The notes under the pieces: model-generated
The model's input: the letters and a program-made list of their open reading frames with translations, nothing else
The model's database searches: none
What the model was told of the DNA's origin: nothing
Origin: the human T2T-CHM13v2.0 reference genome, Homo sapiens
Strand: one strand, 5' to 3'
Length of the DNA: 64,000 bases
Assembly: GCF_009914755.1 (NCBI RefSeq)
Contig: NC_060928.1
Translations under genes and position numbers: made by a program
Shown: piece after piece, positions 29,692-43,611 of the stretch
Layout of the letters: each line of letters begins with the position of its first letter
How positions within the stretch are numbered: the stretch's first letter is position 1

Positions 29692-31837
29692 TGGTATGGT
29701 TTGGCTTGTGTCCCCACCCAAATTTAATCTTGAATTGTAGTTCTCATAATCCAATTTGAGTGACCTGGTGGGAGTGACCTGGTGGGAGGTAATTGAATCA
29801 TAAGGGTGGTTACCCTCATGCTGCTGTTCTTGTGATAATGAGTGAGTTACCCAGTCTGGGGCAGTTCTTTATAGCAGTGTGAGAACAGACTAATACAGTA
29901 AATTAGTACCAGGTACTGGGGTACTGCTGTAGAGATACCCCAAAATATAGAAGCAACTTTGGGACTGGGTAACAAGTAGAGGTTGGAACAGTTTGGAGAG
30001 CTCAGAAGTCAGGAAGATGCTGGAAAGTTTGGAACTTCCTGGAGCATTTTGGCATTGACCAAAATGCTAGTAGTAATACAGACAATGAAGTCCAGGCTGA
30101 GGTGGTCTCAGATGGAGATGAGGAACTTACTGGGAACTGGAATAAAGGTGACTCTTGCTATGTTTTAGCAAAGAGATTGGTGGCATTTTGCCCCTGCCCT
30201 AGAGATCTATGGAACTTTGAACTTGAGAGAGATGATTTAGGGTATCCAGCAGAAGAAATTACTAAGCAGCAAAGTGTTCAAGAGGTGACTTGGGTGCTGT
30301 TAAAAGCATTTGAGTTTTATGTATTCGCAAAGATATGGTTTGGAATTGGAACTTATGTTTAAAAGGGAAGTAGAGCATAAAATTTGCAGGCTGATGATGT
30401 GATAGAAAAGAAAAACCCATTTTCTGAGGAGAAATTCAAGCTGGCTGCAGAAATTTGCATAAAGAGGAGCCAAAGGTTAATTGCCAAAACAATGGGGAAA
30501 ATGTCTCCAGGGCATGTCAGAGGTCTTCTGGCAGTCTCTCCCATCACAGGCCCAGAGGCCTAGGAATTAAAAATGGTTTTGTGGGCTGGGCCCAGGACCT
30601 TGTTGCTTTGTGCAGTTTTGGGGACTTGGTGCTCTGTGTCCCAGCTATGGCTAAAAGGGGCCTAGGTACAGCTCAGGCCATGGCTTCAGAGTATGCAGGC
30701 CACAAGCTTTGGCAGCTTCCATGTGGTGTTGAGTCTGTGGGTGCGCAGAAGAACTGAGATCTGGGAACCTCCACCTAGATTTCAGAGGATGTATGGAAAT
30801 GCCTGGATGTCCAGGCAGAAGTTTGCTGCAGGGGTGGAACCCTCATGCAGAACCTCTGCTAGGGCAGTGTGGAAGGAAAATGTGTGGTTGGTGCCCCCAC
30901 ACAAGAGTACCCACTGGGGCACTGCCTCATGGAGCTCTGAGAAGAAGGCCACTGTCCTCCAGACCCCAGAGTGGTAGATCTGTTAACAGCTTGCACCATG
31001 CTCCTGGAAAAGCCACAGACACTCAACACCAGCTTGTGACAGCAGCCAGGAGGGAGCTGTACCCTGCAAAGCCACAGGGGTGGAGCTGCCCAATGCTGTG
31101 GGAGTCCACTTCTTGCATCAGCATGACCCAAATGTGAGACATGAAGTCAAAGGAGATCATTTTGGAACTTTAAGGTTTAATGACTGCCCTACTGGATTTC
31201 AGACTTGCATGGGGCCTGTAGCCCCTTTGTTTTAGCCAATTTCTCCCATTTGGAATGGGTGTATTTACCCAGTGCCTGTACCTCCATTGTATCTAGGAAG
31301 TAACTTGCTTTTGATTTTAGAGGCTCATAGGTGGAAGGGACTTGCCTTGTCTCAGATGAGACTTAAGACTTGGTCTTTTGAATTCATGCTGGAGTGAGTT
31401 AAGGCTTTGGGGGTCTGTTGGGAAGGCATGATTGTGTTTTGAAATGTGAGGACATGAAATTTGGGAGGGGCCACGGTTGGAATGATATAGTTTGGTTGCT
31501 TCCCCACCCAAATCTCATCTTGAATTGTAGCACCCATAATCCACATGTATCATGGAGGGATCTGGTAGAAGGTAATTGACCTCCATGCTGTTCTCATGAT
31601 AGTGAGTTCTCATGAGACCTGATGGTTTTATAAGGGGCTTTCCTCCCCTTCACTCTGCACTTCTCCTTGCTGCCTCCATGTGAAGAAGGGTGTATTTACT
31701 TCCCCTTCTGACATGATTGTGAGTTTCCTGAGACTTCCCCAGCCATGCTGAACTGTGAGTCAATTAAATGTCTTTTCTTTATAAATTACCAGTCTTGGGT
31801 ATGTCTTTATATAGCAACATGAGAACAGACTAATACA
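29692..31837 (+). mobile_element. THE1 (C/D-like) MaLR provirus: deleted 5' LTR 29692-29897, internal region, 3' LTR 31483-31837
   Basis: TG...actaataCA termini, THE1-int sequence, TSD atcaa/atcta. Confidence 0.88.
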
Positions 31838-32304
31838 ATCTATAATTAGAACAATTCTGTGAATTGCTTTATTGAATAAATTGAGTAGTTAACATAATTT
31901 CCCACATATTTATATTCCAAAGGATTAGAAAATAACTATTCTTCAGATACTTTCTGGTAATTGATGTTTGTAATGATGACCACCCCCTGTCTTGTTCCCT
32001 CCCAGATAGTCTAAAATTTTGAATTGTCAAAATTTAAATTTTGGAGACACATGATATTGTGATATAATGATAACAGGAATGAATAAAGATCAGATACCAG
32101 ACTTCAGTATTAATTACATACAGCTCTGTGACCTTGGGTAACAAATTTAACCACTCTGAACATCTGTTTCCTCTTGTAAAATTTGGAGAGTAATATTGAA
32201 TGAAAATAATTTTGTGTGGTGGAAGGTTCTCTCCCCTACCACTCTCTTCCATTTTCTAGAATGTTGAATCTCTCAAGGCTATCTTAATAGAAGGGTGTGT
32301 TTTT

Positions 32305-32640
32305 GGCCAGAACACAACTGTAATCACAACTGTAATCCCAGTTGTCTCACAACTGTAATCCCAGCACTTTGGGAGTCTGAGGTGGGAGGAGTACTTGAGT
32401 CCAGGAGTTTGAGACCTGCCTGTGCAACATAGCAAGACCCTGTTCTGTACAAAAATAAATAAATAATTAGTTGGGCATGGTGGCATGTGCCTATAGTCCC
32501 AGCTACTGGGGGAGGCTGAAGTGGGAAGGTTGCTTGAGCCTGGGAGGTCAAGGCTGCACTGAGCTGTGATTGCACCACTGCACTCAGCTTGGGTGACAGA
32601 GTGAGACCTTGTCTCAATTTAAAAAATATAAATAAATAAA
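32305..32640 (+). mobile_element. AluJ with rearranged 5' end
   Basis: AluJ dimer; TSD-like aagg(g/a)tg(t/g)gttttg. Confidence 0.85.
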
Positions 32641-32923
32641 GGATGGGTTTTGATATTGCCTAAGATAGTAAAGCAGAAAAAGCATCAGTGTAATGAGGAA
32701 AAATATCTAATTGCATCAGATATTTACATGGGGGGCAGACCCCCATGACAACTTTTCCCCTCTGCCTCATGCACACTCATGTTCTGAAACCTGACTGCTA
32801 TGAATAGCAGAACCAGTCTGAGTAGAGAAATACTGACAACATCCTTTGGAGACAAGACTCAAGAAGAGCTGGAGCAGGGACTTCAAGGAAGGAGTGAGTA
32901 CTGTATATCAAAAGAACTAAGAG

Positions 32924-32925
<2 letters not shown>

Positions 32926-32969
<44 letters not shown>
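32926..32969. repeat. (TG)22 microsatellite
   Basis: Uninterrupted TG run. Confidence 0.97.
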
Positions 32970-32971
<2 letters not shown>

Positions 32972-32972
<1 letters not shown>

Positions 32973-33290
32973 TAGCACTGTCCAATAGAAATATAATGCA
33001 AGGTACTAATGTGAGCCATATATGTAATTTTAAATTTTCTATTAGCCACATTAAAAACAGTAAAAAGGTGAAGTTAATTTTTATAATATATTTTATTAAA
33101 CCCAATATATCAACAATATATTTCAGCAATAATTAACATAAAAGTTAACATATTTCACATTTTTTCATACTAAGTCTTTGAAATTTGGTATGGTATTCTT
33201 ATATCATATTAGACTAGCTATATATCAAATATTTATGTACATATTCCATAGGTACATATGGCTAGTAGCTAAGATACTGGACGGTACAAA
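32972..33290 (-). mobile_element. MER33 hAT-Charlie element
   Basis: gcactgtccaatagaaatataatgc...atatggctagtagctaagatactggac. Confidence 0.75.
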
Positions 33291-33577
33291 TATTGAGGGT
33301 ATGAAGGGGATTGTTGGAGATTCTCTGGTAACCATGGTGTCATTTCACAGTGCTCCCCCAGAGTCTAGGACAAACACCCTGTGTCTGTGAATGGAACTTA
33401 GGGATAAGTTGAAGAGATCAAAAGAGTGATTCTAGGCTCATTGGCTTGTGGATTTGTGGACCTTGTGTAGTTTGGATTATATGGCCTGAGAATGAAATTG
33501 TGAATGAACATTCTTGGAATTTTGTGTGTATATGTAATTGGCCAACATCAAGACCACCTTTTCCTTCTGTAATGTGG

Positions 33578-36269
33578 TGTATTGGTCATCATGGGCTGCC
33601 ATAACAAAATGCCACAGACTGGATGGTTTAACAACCAAAATGTATTTTCCCAGAGTTCTGGAACCTAGGAAGTCTAAGTTCAAGGTGCCAGCAAGATAGG
33701 TTTCATTCTGAGGCCTCTTCCCTTGGTTTGTTGGGAGTTACCATCTCACCGTGCACTCACATGGCCTTTCCTCAGTGTGTGTGTATGCAGAGATAAATAG
33801 ATATCTCTCTGTCTTCCTCTTAAAAGGCCACTAGTCCTATTGGATTAGGGTGCCTAATATGGGTGTGCGTCCCCACCCAAATCTCATCTTGTATCTCCCA
33901 TAATTCCCACGTGTTATGGGAGGAACATGGTGGGAGTCATTTGAATCATAGGGGTGGCTCTTTCCTGTGCTGGTCTTATGATAGTGAATAAGTCTCACTA
34001 GATCTGATGGTTTTAAAGAATGAGTTTCCCTGCACAAGCTCTCTCTTTGCCTGCTGCCATCCATGTAAGATATGACTTGCTCCTCCTCGCTTTTTGCCAT
34101 GAGAGTGAAGCCTCCCCAGCCATGTGTAGCTGTAAGTCCATTAAACCCTTTTTTCTGTATAAATTATCCACTCTTGGGTATGTCTTTATCAGCTGCATGA
34201 AAACAGACTAATACAGTAAATTGGTACCAGTAGAGTGGGGTGTTGTTGAAAATATACCCAAAAATGTGGAAGAGACTTTGGAACTGGGTAACAGGCAGAG
34301 GCTGGAACTGTTTGGAGGGCTCAGAAGACAGGAAAATGTGGGAAAGTTTGGAATTCCCTTGAGACTTGTTCAGTGGCTTTGACCAAAATGCTGATAATGC
34401 TATGGACAATGAAATCCAGGCTGAGGTGGTCTCGGATGGAGATGAGGAGCTTGTTGGGAACTGGAGCAAAGGTGATTCTTGTTATGTTTTAGCAAAGAGA
34501 CTGGCAGCATTTTGCCCCTGCCCTAGAGATTTGTGGAACTTTGAACTTGAGAGACATGATTTAGGGTATCTTGTGGAAGAAATTTCTAAGCACCAAAGCA
34601 TTCAAGAGGTGACTTGGGTGCTGTTGAAAGGCATTCTGTTTCAAAAGGAAAACAGAGCATAAAACTTTGGAAAATTTGCAGCCTGACAATGCAATAGAAA
34701 AGAAAATCTTATTTTCTGAGGAGAAATTCAAGTTGGCTGCAGAAATTTGCATAAGTAATGAGGAACCGTATGTTAATCACCAAGACAATGGGGAAAATGT
34801 CTCCAGGGCATGTCAGAGACCTTTGCAGTAGCCCCTCCCATCACAGGCCTAGGAGGAAAAAGTGGTTTCGTGGGCCAGGCCCAAGGTCCTTGTGCTGTGT
34901 GTAGCCTGGGGACTTGGTGCCCTGCCTCCCAACTGCCTCAGCCATGGCTGAAAGGGGCCAACATAGATCTTGGACCTTGGCTTCAGTTGGTGCAAGCCCA
35001 AAGCCTTGGCAGCTTCCACGTTGTATTCAGCCTGTGAGTGCACAGAAGTCAGGAATGGGGGTTTGGGAACCTCTGCCTAGATTTCAGAAGATGTATGGAA
35101 ACACCTGGATGCCCAGGCAGAAGTGTGCTGCAGGGGTGGACCCCTCATAGAGAACCTCTGTTAGGTCAGTGTGGAAGGGAAATATGGGGTTGGAGCCCCC
35201 ACACAGAGTCCCTACTGGGGCACTGCCTAGTGGAGCTGTGAGAAGAGGGCCACCATCCTCCAGACCCCAGAATGGCAGGTCCACTGACAGCTTGCACCCT
35301 GCACCTGGAAAAGCTGCAGACACTTAAAACCAGCCCGTGAAAGCAGCCAGGAGGGAGGCGGTAACCTGCAAAGCCACAGGGGCAGAGCTGCCCAAGACCA
35401 TGGGAACCCACCTCTTGCATCATTGTGACCCGATGCAAGGCATGAAGTCAAAGGAGATCATTTTGGAGCTTTAAGATTTGAGTGCCCTGCTGGATTTTGG
35501 ATTTGTGTGGGGGGCCTGTAGCCCCTTTGTTTTGGCTAATTTCCCCATTTGGAACAGCTGTATTTACCAATGCCTGTACCCCCATTGTATCTAGGAAGTA
35601 ACTAACTTGGTTTTGATTTTACAGGCTCATAGACAGAAGGGACTTTCCTTGTCTCAGATGAGATGTTGGACTGTGGACTTTTGAGTTAATGGTGTAATGA
35701 GTTAAGACTTTGGGGGTACTGCTGGAAAGGCATGATTGGTTTTGAAGTGTGAAGACATGAGATTTGGGAGGGGCCCAGGCGGAATGGTATGGTTTGGCTC
35801 TGTGTCCCCACCCAAATCTCATCTTGTAGCTCCCATAATTCCCATGTGTTGTGTGAGGAACCCAGTGGGAGATATTTGAATCATGGGGGTGGGTCTTTTC
35901 TGTGCTGTTCTTGTGATAATAAGTCTCGTAAGATCTGATGGTTTTAAAAAACGGGAGTTTCCCTGCACAGGCTCTCTTTTTGCCTGCTGCCATCCACGTA
36001 AGATGTAACTTGCTCCTCCTTGCCTTTTGCAATGATAGTGAGGCCTCCCCAGCCACATGGAACTGTAAGTCCATTAAATCTTTTACCTATATAAGTTACC
36101 CAGTCTTGGGTACGTCTTTTATCAGCAGCATGAAAATGGACTAATACAGTGCCATTTTGACTTCATTTAACCTTAATTACCTCCTAAAGGCCCTTTCTCC
36201 AAATACAGACATACTAGAGGTTAGGGCTTCAACATAGGAATTTTGTGGGGGCCTACTCAGTCCATAGCA
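33578..36269 (-). mobile_element. MLT1A-like solo LTR split by the THE1A insertion
   Basis: gggctgccataacaaaatgccacagactgg start; continues after THE1A to ...cagtccatagca. Confidence 0.8.
33855..36148 (+). mobile_element. Full-length THE1A-like MaLR provirus (LTRs 33855-34215 and 35785-36148)
   Basis: Paired LTRs, internal region, perfect 5-bp TSD GTGCC. Confidence 0.9.
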
Positions 36270-36784
36270 TATGGGCTTAGTGTTCAAGAAACATATGTAG
36301 AAAGTATTTTATAACTAAGAAAGTGAAACTTAGGTGATGGTGGAATCCTGCTTCAGAGTATAGTTGTGATGTAGCACTTTGTGAGTTACAGAATCTGGCT
36401 GTGTTCAAGGATGGATGTTAAAGTGTTTTATAAACTCTAGTGCTATTTAAAATGTTTGGCGATATTACTAGATTACTATGTCTTGCACATAGTGCTGAAA
36501 ATAAATACTTTAAAAAATGAATTTGGCATGGTAATGATGATATATTTTATTACATGCATCAGATAGTGTTGACTCTAAAGCTCTATATCAATATATCAAT
36601 GTTGGGGGTTTATAGCACCACTAATAATGTTTTAGTACATATTTCTGGCTTTTGATTCTTAGAAACCACATTAAATCATATATGCTAATTCTAGTTGTCA
36701 GAAGCATTAGGTCATCAGAATGTCCCCAAAACAATCCATGAACAAATTGTGTCAGTTATACCTTCAAAATATATTCAGAAATAC

Positions 36785-36935
36785 CCAGGCACAGTTTGCA
36801 CACATGTAATCCCAGTTACTTAGGAGGCTAAGGAAGGAGGACTGCTTGAACCCAGGAGTTCAAGACCAGGTAGGGAAACATGGTGAGACCCCATCTCAAA
36901 AAAACAGAAACAAAAAACAAACAAACAAACAAATC
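36785..36935 (+). mobile_element. FLAM / Alu monomer
   Basis: Single arm with (aaac)n tail. Confidence 0.75.
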
Positions 36936-36959
36936 TAACATATATCCACAATCAGATTC

Positions 36960-37660
36960 TCTCTTCACCCAGCTCAATTATCACTGTGAATAAACAACCT
37001 TCATGTCTTACCTCGATTATTCCAGTAGCTTCCTCACTTTTCTCTTCTGCTTTTGCCTGCCTCTCCCCAATTTGTCTTGATACAGCAACCACAATAATTC
37101 TGTTAAATCATACATCAGAATATGTCTCCTTTGCACAAAACCCTTCTGTGGCTTCTACTCTCAGAGCTCTTGCAGTGACCAACAAACGCCTCTTGATCAC
37201 ACTTCTTGTTCCTCATCTCCTACTACTTATTCCCTCATTTGCTGTGTTCCAGCCACACTGGCTTTTTGCTCTTTTTTGAATTTGCCAAGTACAAAAGTAC
37301 TCCTCCTACCTAGAATGTTGTCTTAGATATCAATTTGACTCATTCCTTTACCTCCTTCAGATCTTTATTCAAATGTCACCTTGGTGAGTCCTCTCCTCAC
37401 CTCCCTATTTAAATATACTACACCCACTTCCACACTGACATTTCTTTTTTCCTGCTTGATTTTTCTCTATAGTACTTATTGCCATATAGTGCCTATCATA
37501 ATGCACATAGCATTATCACACATTTGTTTATTTTGTTTCTCATTTGTGTCCCCACCAGAATGTAAGCTTCATTAGGACAAGAATCATTTTTTGTTTTGTT
37601 CATTGTTAAAAACCAGTTCCTGGAACGTAGTAGGCACTCAATAAATACACATTGAATGCT
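36960..37660 (+). mobile_element. L2a 3' portion
   Basis: ...gaatgtaagcttc...gtaggcactcaataaata L2 tail. Confidence 0.75.
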
Positions 37661-39889
37661 TGAAACAAAACTTACTCTAGTTAAACAGAAGAAGAATTTT
37701 TTTTTAAAAGGATATTAGGTATTTAAAAGTCTGGATGGAGTAGGGAATCAGGCTTGGAAGCTGTCTAACCAGGAATAATGCAGTTTCCATTGGGAACAGT
37801 CACCACTATTACTGGGACACTCCCCTGGACGTGTGTCCTTACCACCTCCACTGGTTGTATTTTGCCTTACGCCTCTTCCCTTGCAGAATATGTTCCTTGA
37901 GTTGCCTTACTTTTCCCATTACTTTATTTCAAATTGTAGCTTCTCATAGATGTTCTGATGGTTGGTTGGTGGTTTGTCACATGCGTGGGCCCTTGCTCCA
38001 AAGGAGCCCAGGAGAGCAAGTTCCAGCCTTCTACTTTGGGGAGGTAGGCTCACAGGTAGGACATTCCCCAGATATTGGAAGTATGTTCAAAATATGCTGT
38101 GCAGTCACAAAATATAAATGCTCTTCACTGGCACTGAGTGCTATCATTAAAAAAAAAATCTAGCTCAGGAGACCTGAAGTTATTTTAAAATTGTATGTGT
38201 AATCCAGAATCCATTTCCCATAGCAATTGTTAAACAATGTCTGCTTTCAAATTTATTATTCTTCATTCCTGACCTTGTTTCTAAGCTTAACCAATCACAT
38301 ATTTTCTCATTTGACATCCCAGTGATTAATAGCTGAAACCCATTGCCTGGAGAATGGTTTCCATTGTGATGTGGTACTCCTTGGGTGGAGAGTGGGATGA
38401 ACAGGCAACAGAATGCTTTGTTTATGGAAAAGGAATAAGAGTGTGAGTCCATTATCAGAAAATGCAGCAAGGGTGTAAAATATTGGGCTGCCATGTTAGA
38501 GCTCACCTGTTACCATAAAAACCTCTGTACTCAGCAGCTGGGTCAGTGGGAAGCCTGCTGCCCAGTTCGAATGGTATATTGAATTATATGACCAGTCTTG
38601 GCATCAGTTTAACATATTTTTAAGTAACTTTTATTTTTTCTTCCTTTCTTTTAGTTCCTTTTTTTTTTCTTGCAAGTAGGAAGCAGGAATGACTGTTCAA
38701 TTATTAGATATTCAAGTTTAGAATTCACTGTCATTACTGCACAATTCATTTGCTGAAATAACAAGTAGCAGATGCTACAGTGCAAGTTAATGAATAATTC
38801 TTATTTGTACTCTGGCCTTTCATTGCAATTCATTTGTTACAGACATGTGGGTTTAGTAATTATTATTCTCACACTTTCTAAAATGTTTTTAGCTTTTTAA
38901 AAAGCATTTTGCTCATTTTTTTATTTCCTTCTGTTTGTTTCATTCTATTTATTAAATTCTCCCATTTATCCCAATTGTTTGGGAAGTCTCATGGCTCTTT
39001 ATGGTTCTCTTCTGAGAGGAATATGAAATACTTCAATTGATTTGTTCCTTATTGCAAATAAGCCAAAGCCATGGCTCATTTACCATTACCGGGTTTGTTT
39101 ACCATTTCACAGGCACACTTGAGGCCTCAGCTTTCAAGGGCATGTTTTCAGCCTGTTACAAACCATGCTTGGCCTTCCTTCTCTAAAGTCTGCTCCTTCC
39201 TAACCAGGAAACAGGGCAGGAATGGAATTTTCTTCCCATTCCAGTTTCTCTTTAGCTGCTTGTGTCCAGAAGTTGATATGGCATAGCTAAAATTAATACC
39301 TGAATTGACCCAGTTCACCTTCTGTTTTAGAAACAACAACAACAAAAAAATTGGCTAAAAAGTAAAGGCCTGGGTATTTTTAGAAAGAGCAATAATTAGT
39401 GTAAAATGTCACAGAAATATAATACGTTTAGATTCATGTCAGACAAAAGTTATTTCCAGGAAGCTTCTCAAAGACAAGAAAAGGGATGTTGGAGATATTG
39501 GGAAAAAGTATAGTGAAATTGGTAAGAATAAATAAGCTGCAGTGAAGCCTATCTGAAGCATTTGGAATATGACTTTGCAAGAGGCTCAGAATAGAATAGA
39601 GTAGGAATCTATCCCTGTTTATCTTTTTACCTCCCTATCCCTCTTGTATAGATATTGGAGTAAAAAGATGAGGAATGTTGCCTCTTGTTCCTCTCTCTGT
39701 GACTCACAACAGTGATGCTAAAGTGAGGAAGTGGCTTCAGACATGAACAGAGGTGGGGGATGGGAAAAACGGTCAGTATTAAGAGGCATGTGGCATGTGT
39801 GAAGATTTAGGAATTTAAAACACACACACACACACACGGTGGAAGCTGGTAAGCCTTGCCTTTTATACACAGTTCTGAATTTTAACTCT

Positions 39890-40063
39890 GAGGAGAGGAG
39901 TTTTTTGGGGTATAATTCTGTGTCGTAAGAGGCTGCCCTATGTGTTGTAGGATGTTTAGCAGCATCTCCAGCCTCAACCCACTCGATGCCAGTAGTATCC
40001 AGTTGTGACAGCTAAAAATGTCTCCAGATATTGCCAACAGTTGTCCCAGGATGAGAACCACTG
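39890..40063 (-). mobile_element. MER20
   Basis: aggatgtttagcagcatc...aaaaatgtctccagatattgcc...gagaaccactg. Confidence 0.8.
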
Positions 40064-40399
40064 CTGCAAAGGTCACACGATGTGGTTGGGCAGGGTGAGT
40101 ATGGGACCTTGAGCTGGGGTAAGACCTGAGGGGCAGAGTTGTGAGAGTTATGGGGAACGTTTCCAATTTCTTCTATGGAGAAATGGGAAGAGATGGTGGA
40201 TGAAGGAAATGGAGTGGCATGGTGGGAATGGAGTATGTAAATTCCTAAAAGAGAAGGAAAGAATCCTAAAGGCTGAAATAATTTTTTAAGACAGTAGATA
40301 AAAAGTCATGTAGCATTTAAGGAGACTTATTTTTTCTAGAAGGTTGATTTATATGTTTATTGAGAGGGAAGGAAAGTTAGTTAATCAGAAAAGAAGGGG

Positions 40400-41020
<621 letters not shown>

Positions 41021-42189
41021 AGTGGAAATAGATTGAAAGCTCTCCCTGTAGAGTAGAAGTTGGATAGATTTTGCAGAAATAACCTTAATCCCTTATTCCT
41101 CTCAGTGAAGGAGCCTATGAAATAAAGGAGAATTAAACATGTAGTTCTTATAATTTTCATTCCTTCACTCACTTATCTATATCCTATGTCCCATGTACTA
41201 TATTATACACTAGACAGTAAGGATAGAAAGATGGATAAGAAACAATCCCTGTCTAAAGATGTCCACAGTATACTAGGGTAGACAAAGATGTGTAATCAGT
41301 TTGATTGAGAATCTCACCTCAAGAGGCATAAGCTTGAAAGTCTCATCATTTCTACACTTGGTATTTTGTCAGATTTCATTGCTTCAAAGTATCAGCCTCC
41401 TTAGTTATTAAAACTTTCATTCTAGGTATTAAGATTAGGTCCTACTGATTTAAAATATTAGTCTCATATTTATTTCAAAAACTTCCTCCATGCCTTCCAG
41501 AGCAGACTAGACCCGTAGTTCCAACTTTCTTTATACACACCCCCTTTTTTCCATGTGCCTGCTCTTCCGATGGTGGGGTCAGGAGGTTTAAGAAGGAAAA
41601 CAGGCAATGCCTTAAATGTCTGACTGCCGCCATGTTGCTATCTGCTTTCTGTAGGTCATTGTTAGAATATATGGGGTTCCTAACAGCCCCACTGATAACT
41701 CAGTATCAAGCAGTCCTCTATGCTTTGATAGCCCTTTGCAAGACTTCTGCATCTGTCAGCTGACTTCCATTTGGCAGTGGTGAAACACATTCTTCTGATA
41801 CATAGAAATCCCTTGTCCCATGTTATGTTCCATGGCAAGTGTGTGGGCCTCAATCTCCTGTGCTCTCTGTGATCCCAGCTCTGGGGCCTGTAGATTCCGA
41901 CAGGATCCATAGTCCAGATATCACCGGATTTCTCTGTAGTCCCTACCAACTCTCCCCAGTCCTCCAAAATTCCTGGAAATTCATAGCGTAAGGGGAGTCA
42001 GCAAGCTTTGTGGCAAAGGAAACATCCAGATGGGGACTGGAGATATCAGCCTCCTCTTGAAGACACCCCAAAACTTTACTAGTATCATGTAATAGGTACT
42101 AATGTCCTGAACAGAACATGAAAGACACTAACCATTAATGAAACAAATGGACAATTTGGATAAATTCATAATTTATTTACTTATTTTTC

Positions 42190-42743
<554 letters not shown>

Positions 42744-42762
42744 GTATTTTAAAAATACAGGC

Positions 42763-43367
<605 letters not shown>

Positions 43368-43523
43368 TTAACATCAAGAACTTCCTTTCATCAAGACACC
43401 ACTGAGAGAATACGACAACCCACAGAGTAGGAAAAGAGATTTGTAATACACATCTGTAACAATGGACTTCCTCCTAGAATAGAGAGGATAAAAAGTAGCA
43501 ACACTTCCGCTTGCACCCGGACG

Positions 43524-43608
43524 GAACTTCCTGTCACGGAAAAGAACATCCTGTCACGGAGAAGAACATCCTGCAGAATTTCCTGTCACGAGGAACATTC
43601 CGCAGGAG
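43524..43608 (+). repeat. Degenerate ~20-bp tandem repeat in the DCAF4L1 leader/promoter
   Basis: gaacWtcctgtcacgga units at 43524, 43544, 43564, 43576 and 43593. Confidence 0.85.
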
Positions 43609-43611
43609 GAA

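Noticed and set aside
36044-36056. PRDM9-like 13-mer CCTCCCCAGCCAC in the THE1A LTR
   Set aside because: Lacks the T at position 7 of the hotspot motif CCTCCCTNNCCAC
29983-36144. Cluster of 60-150 aa ORFs
   Set aside because: All lie within decayed THE1 LTR or internal sequence; fragmented in several frames
43524-43608. CRISPR-like appearance of the short repeats
   Set aside because: Eukaryotic context, head-to-tail units without unique spacers
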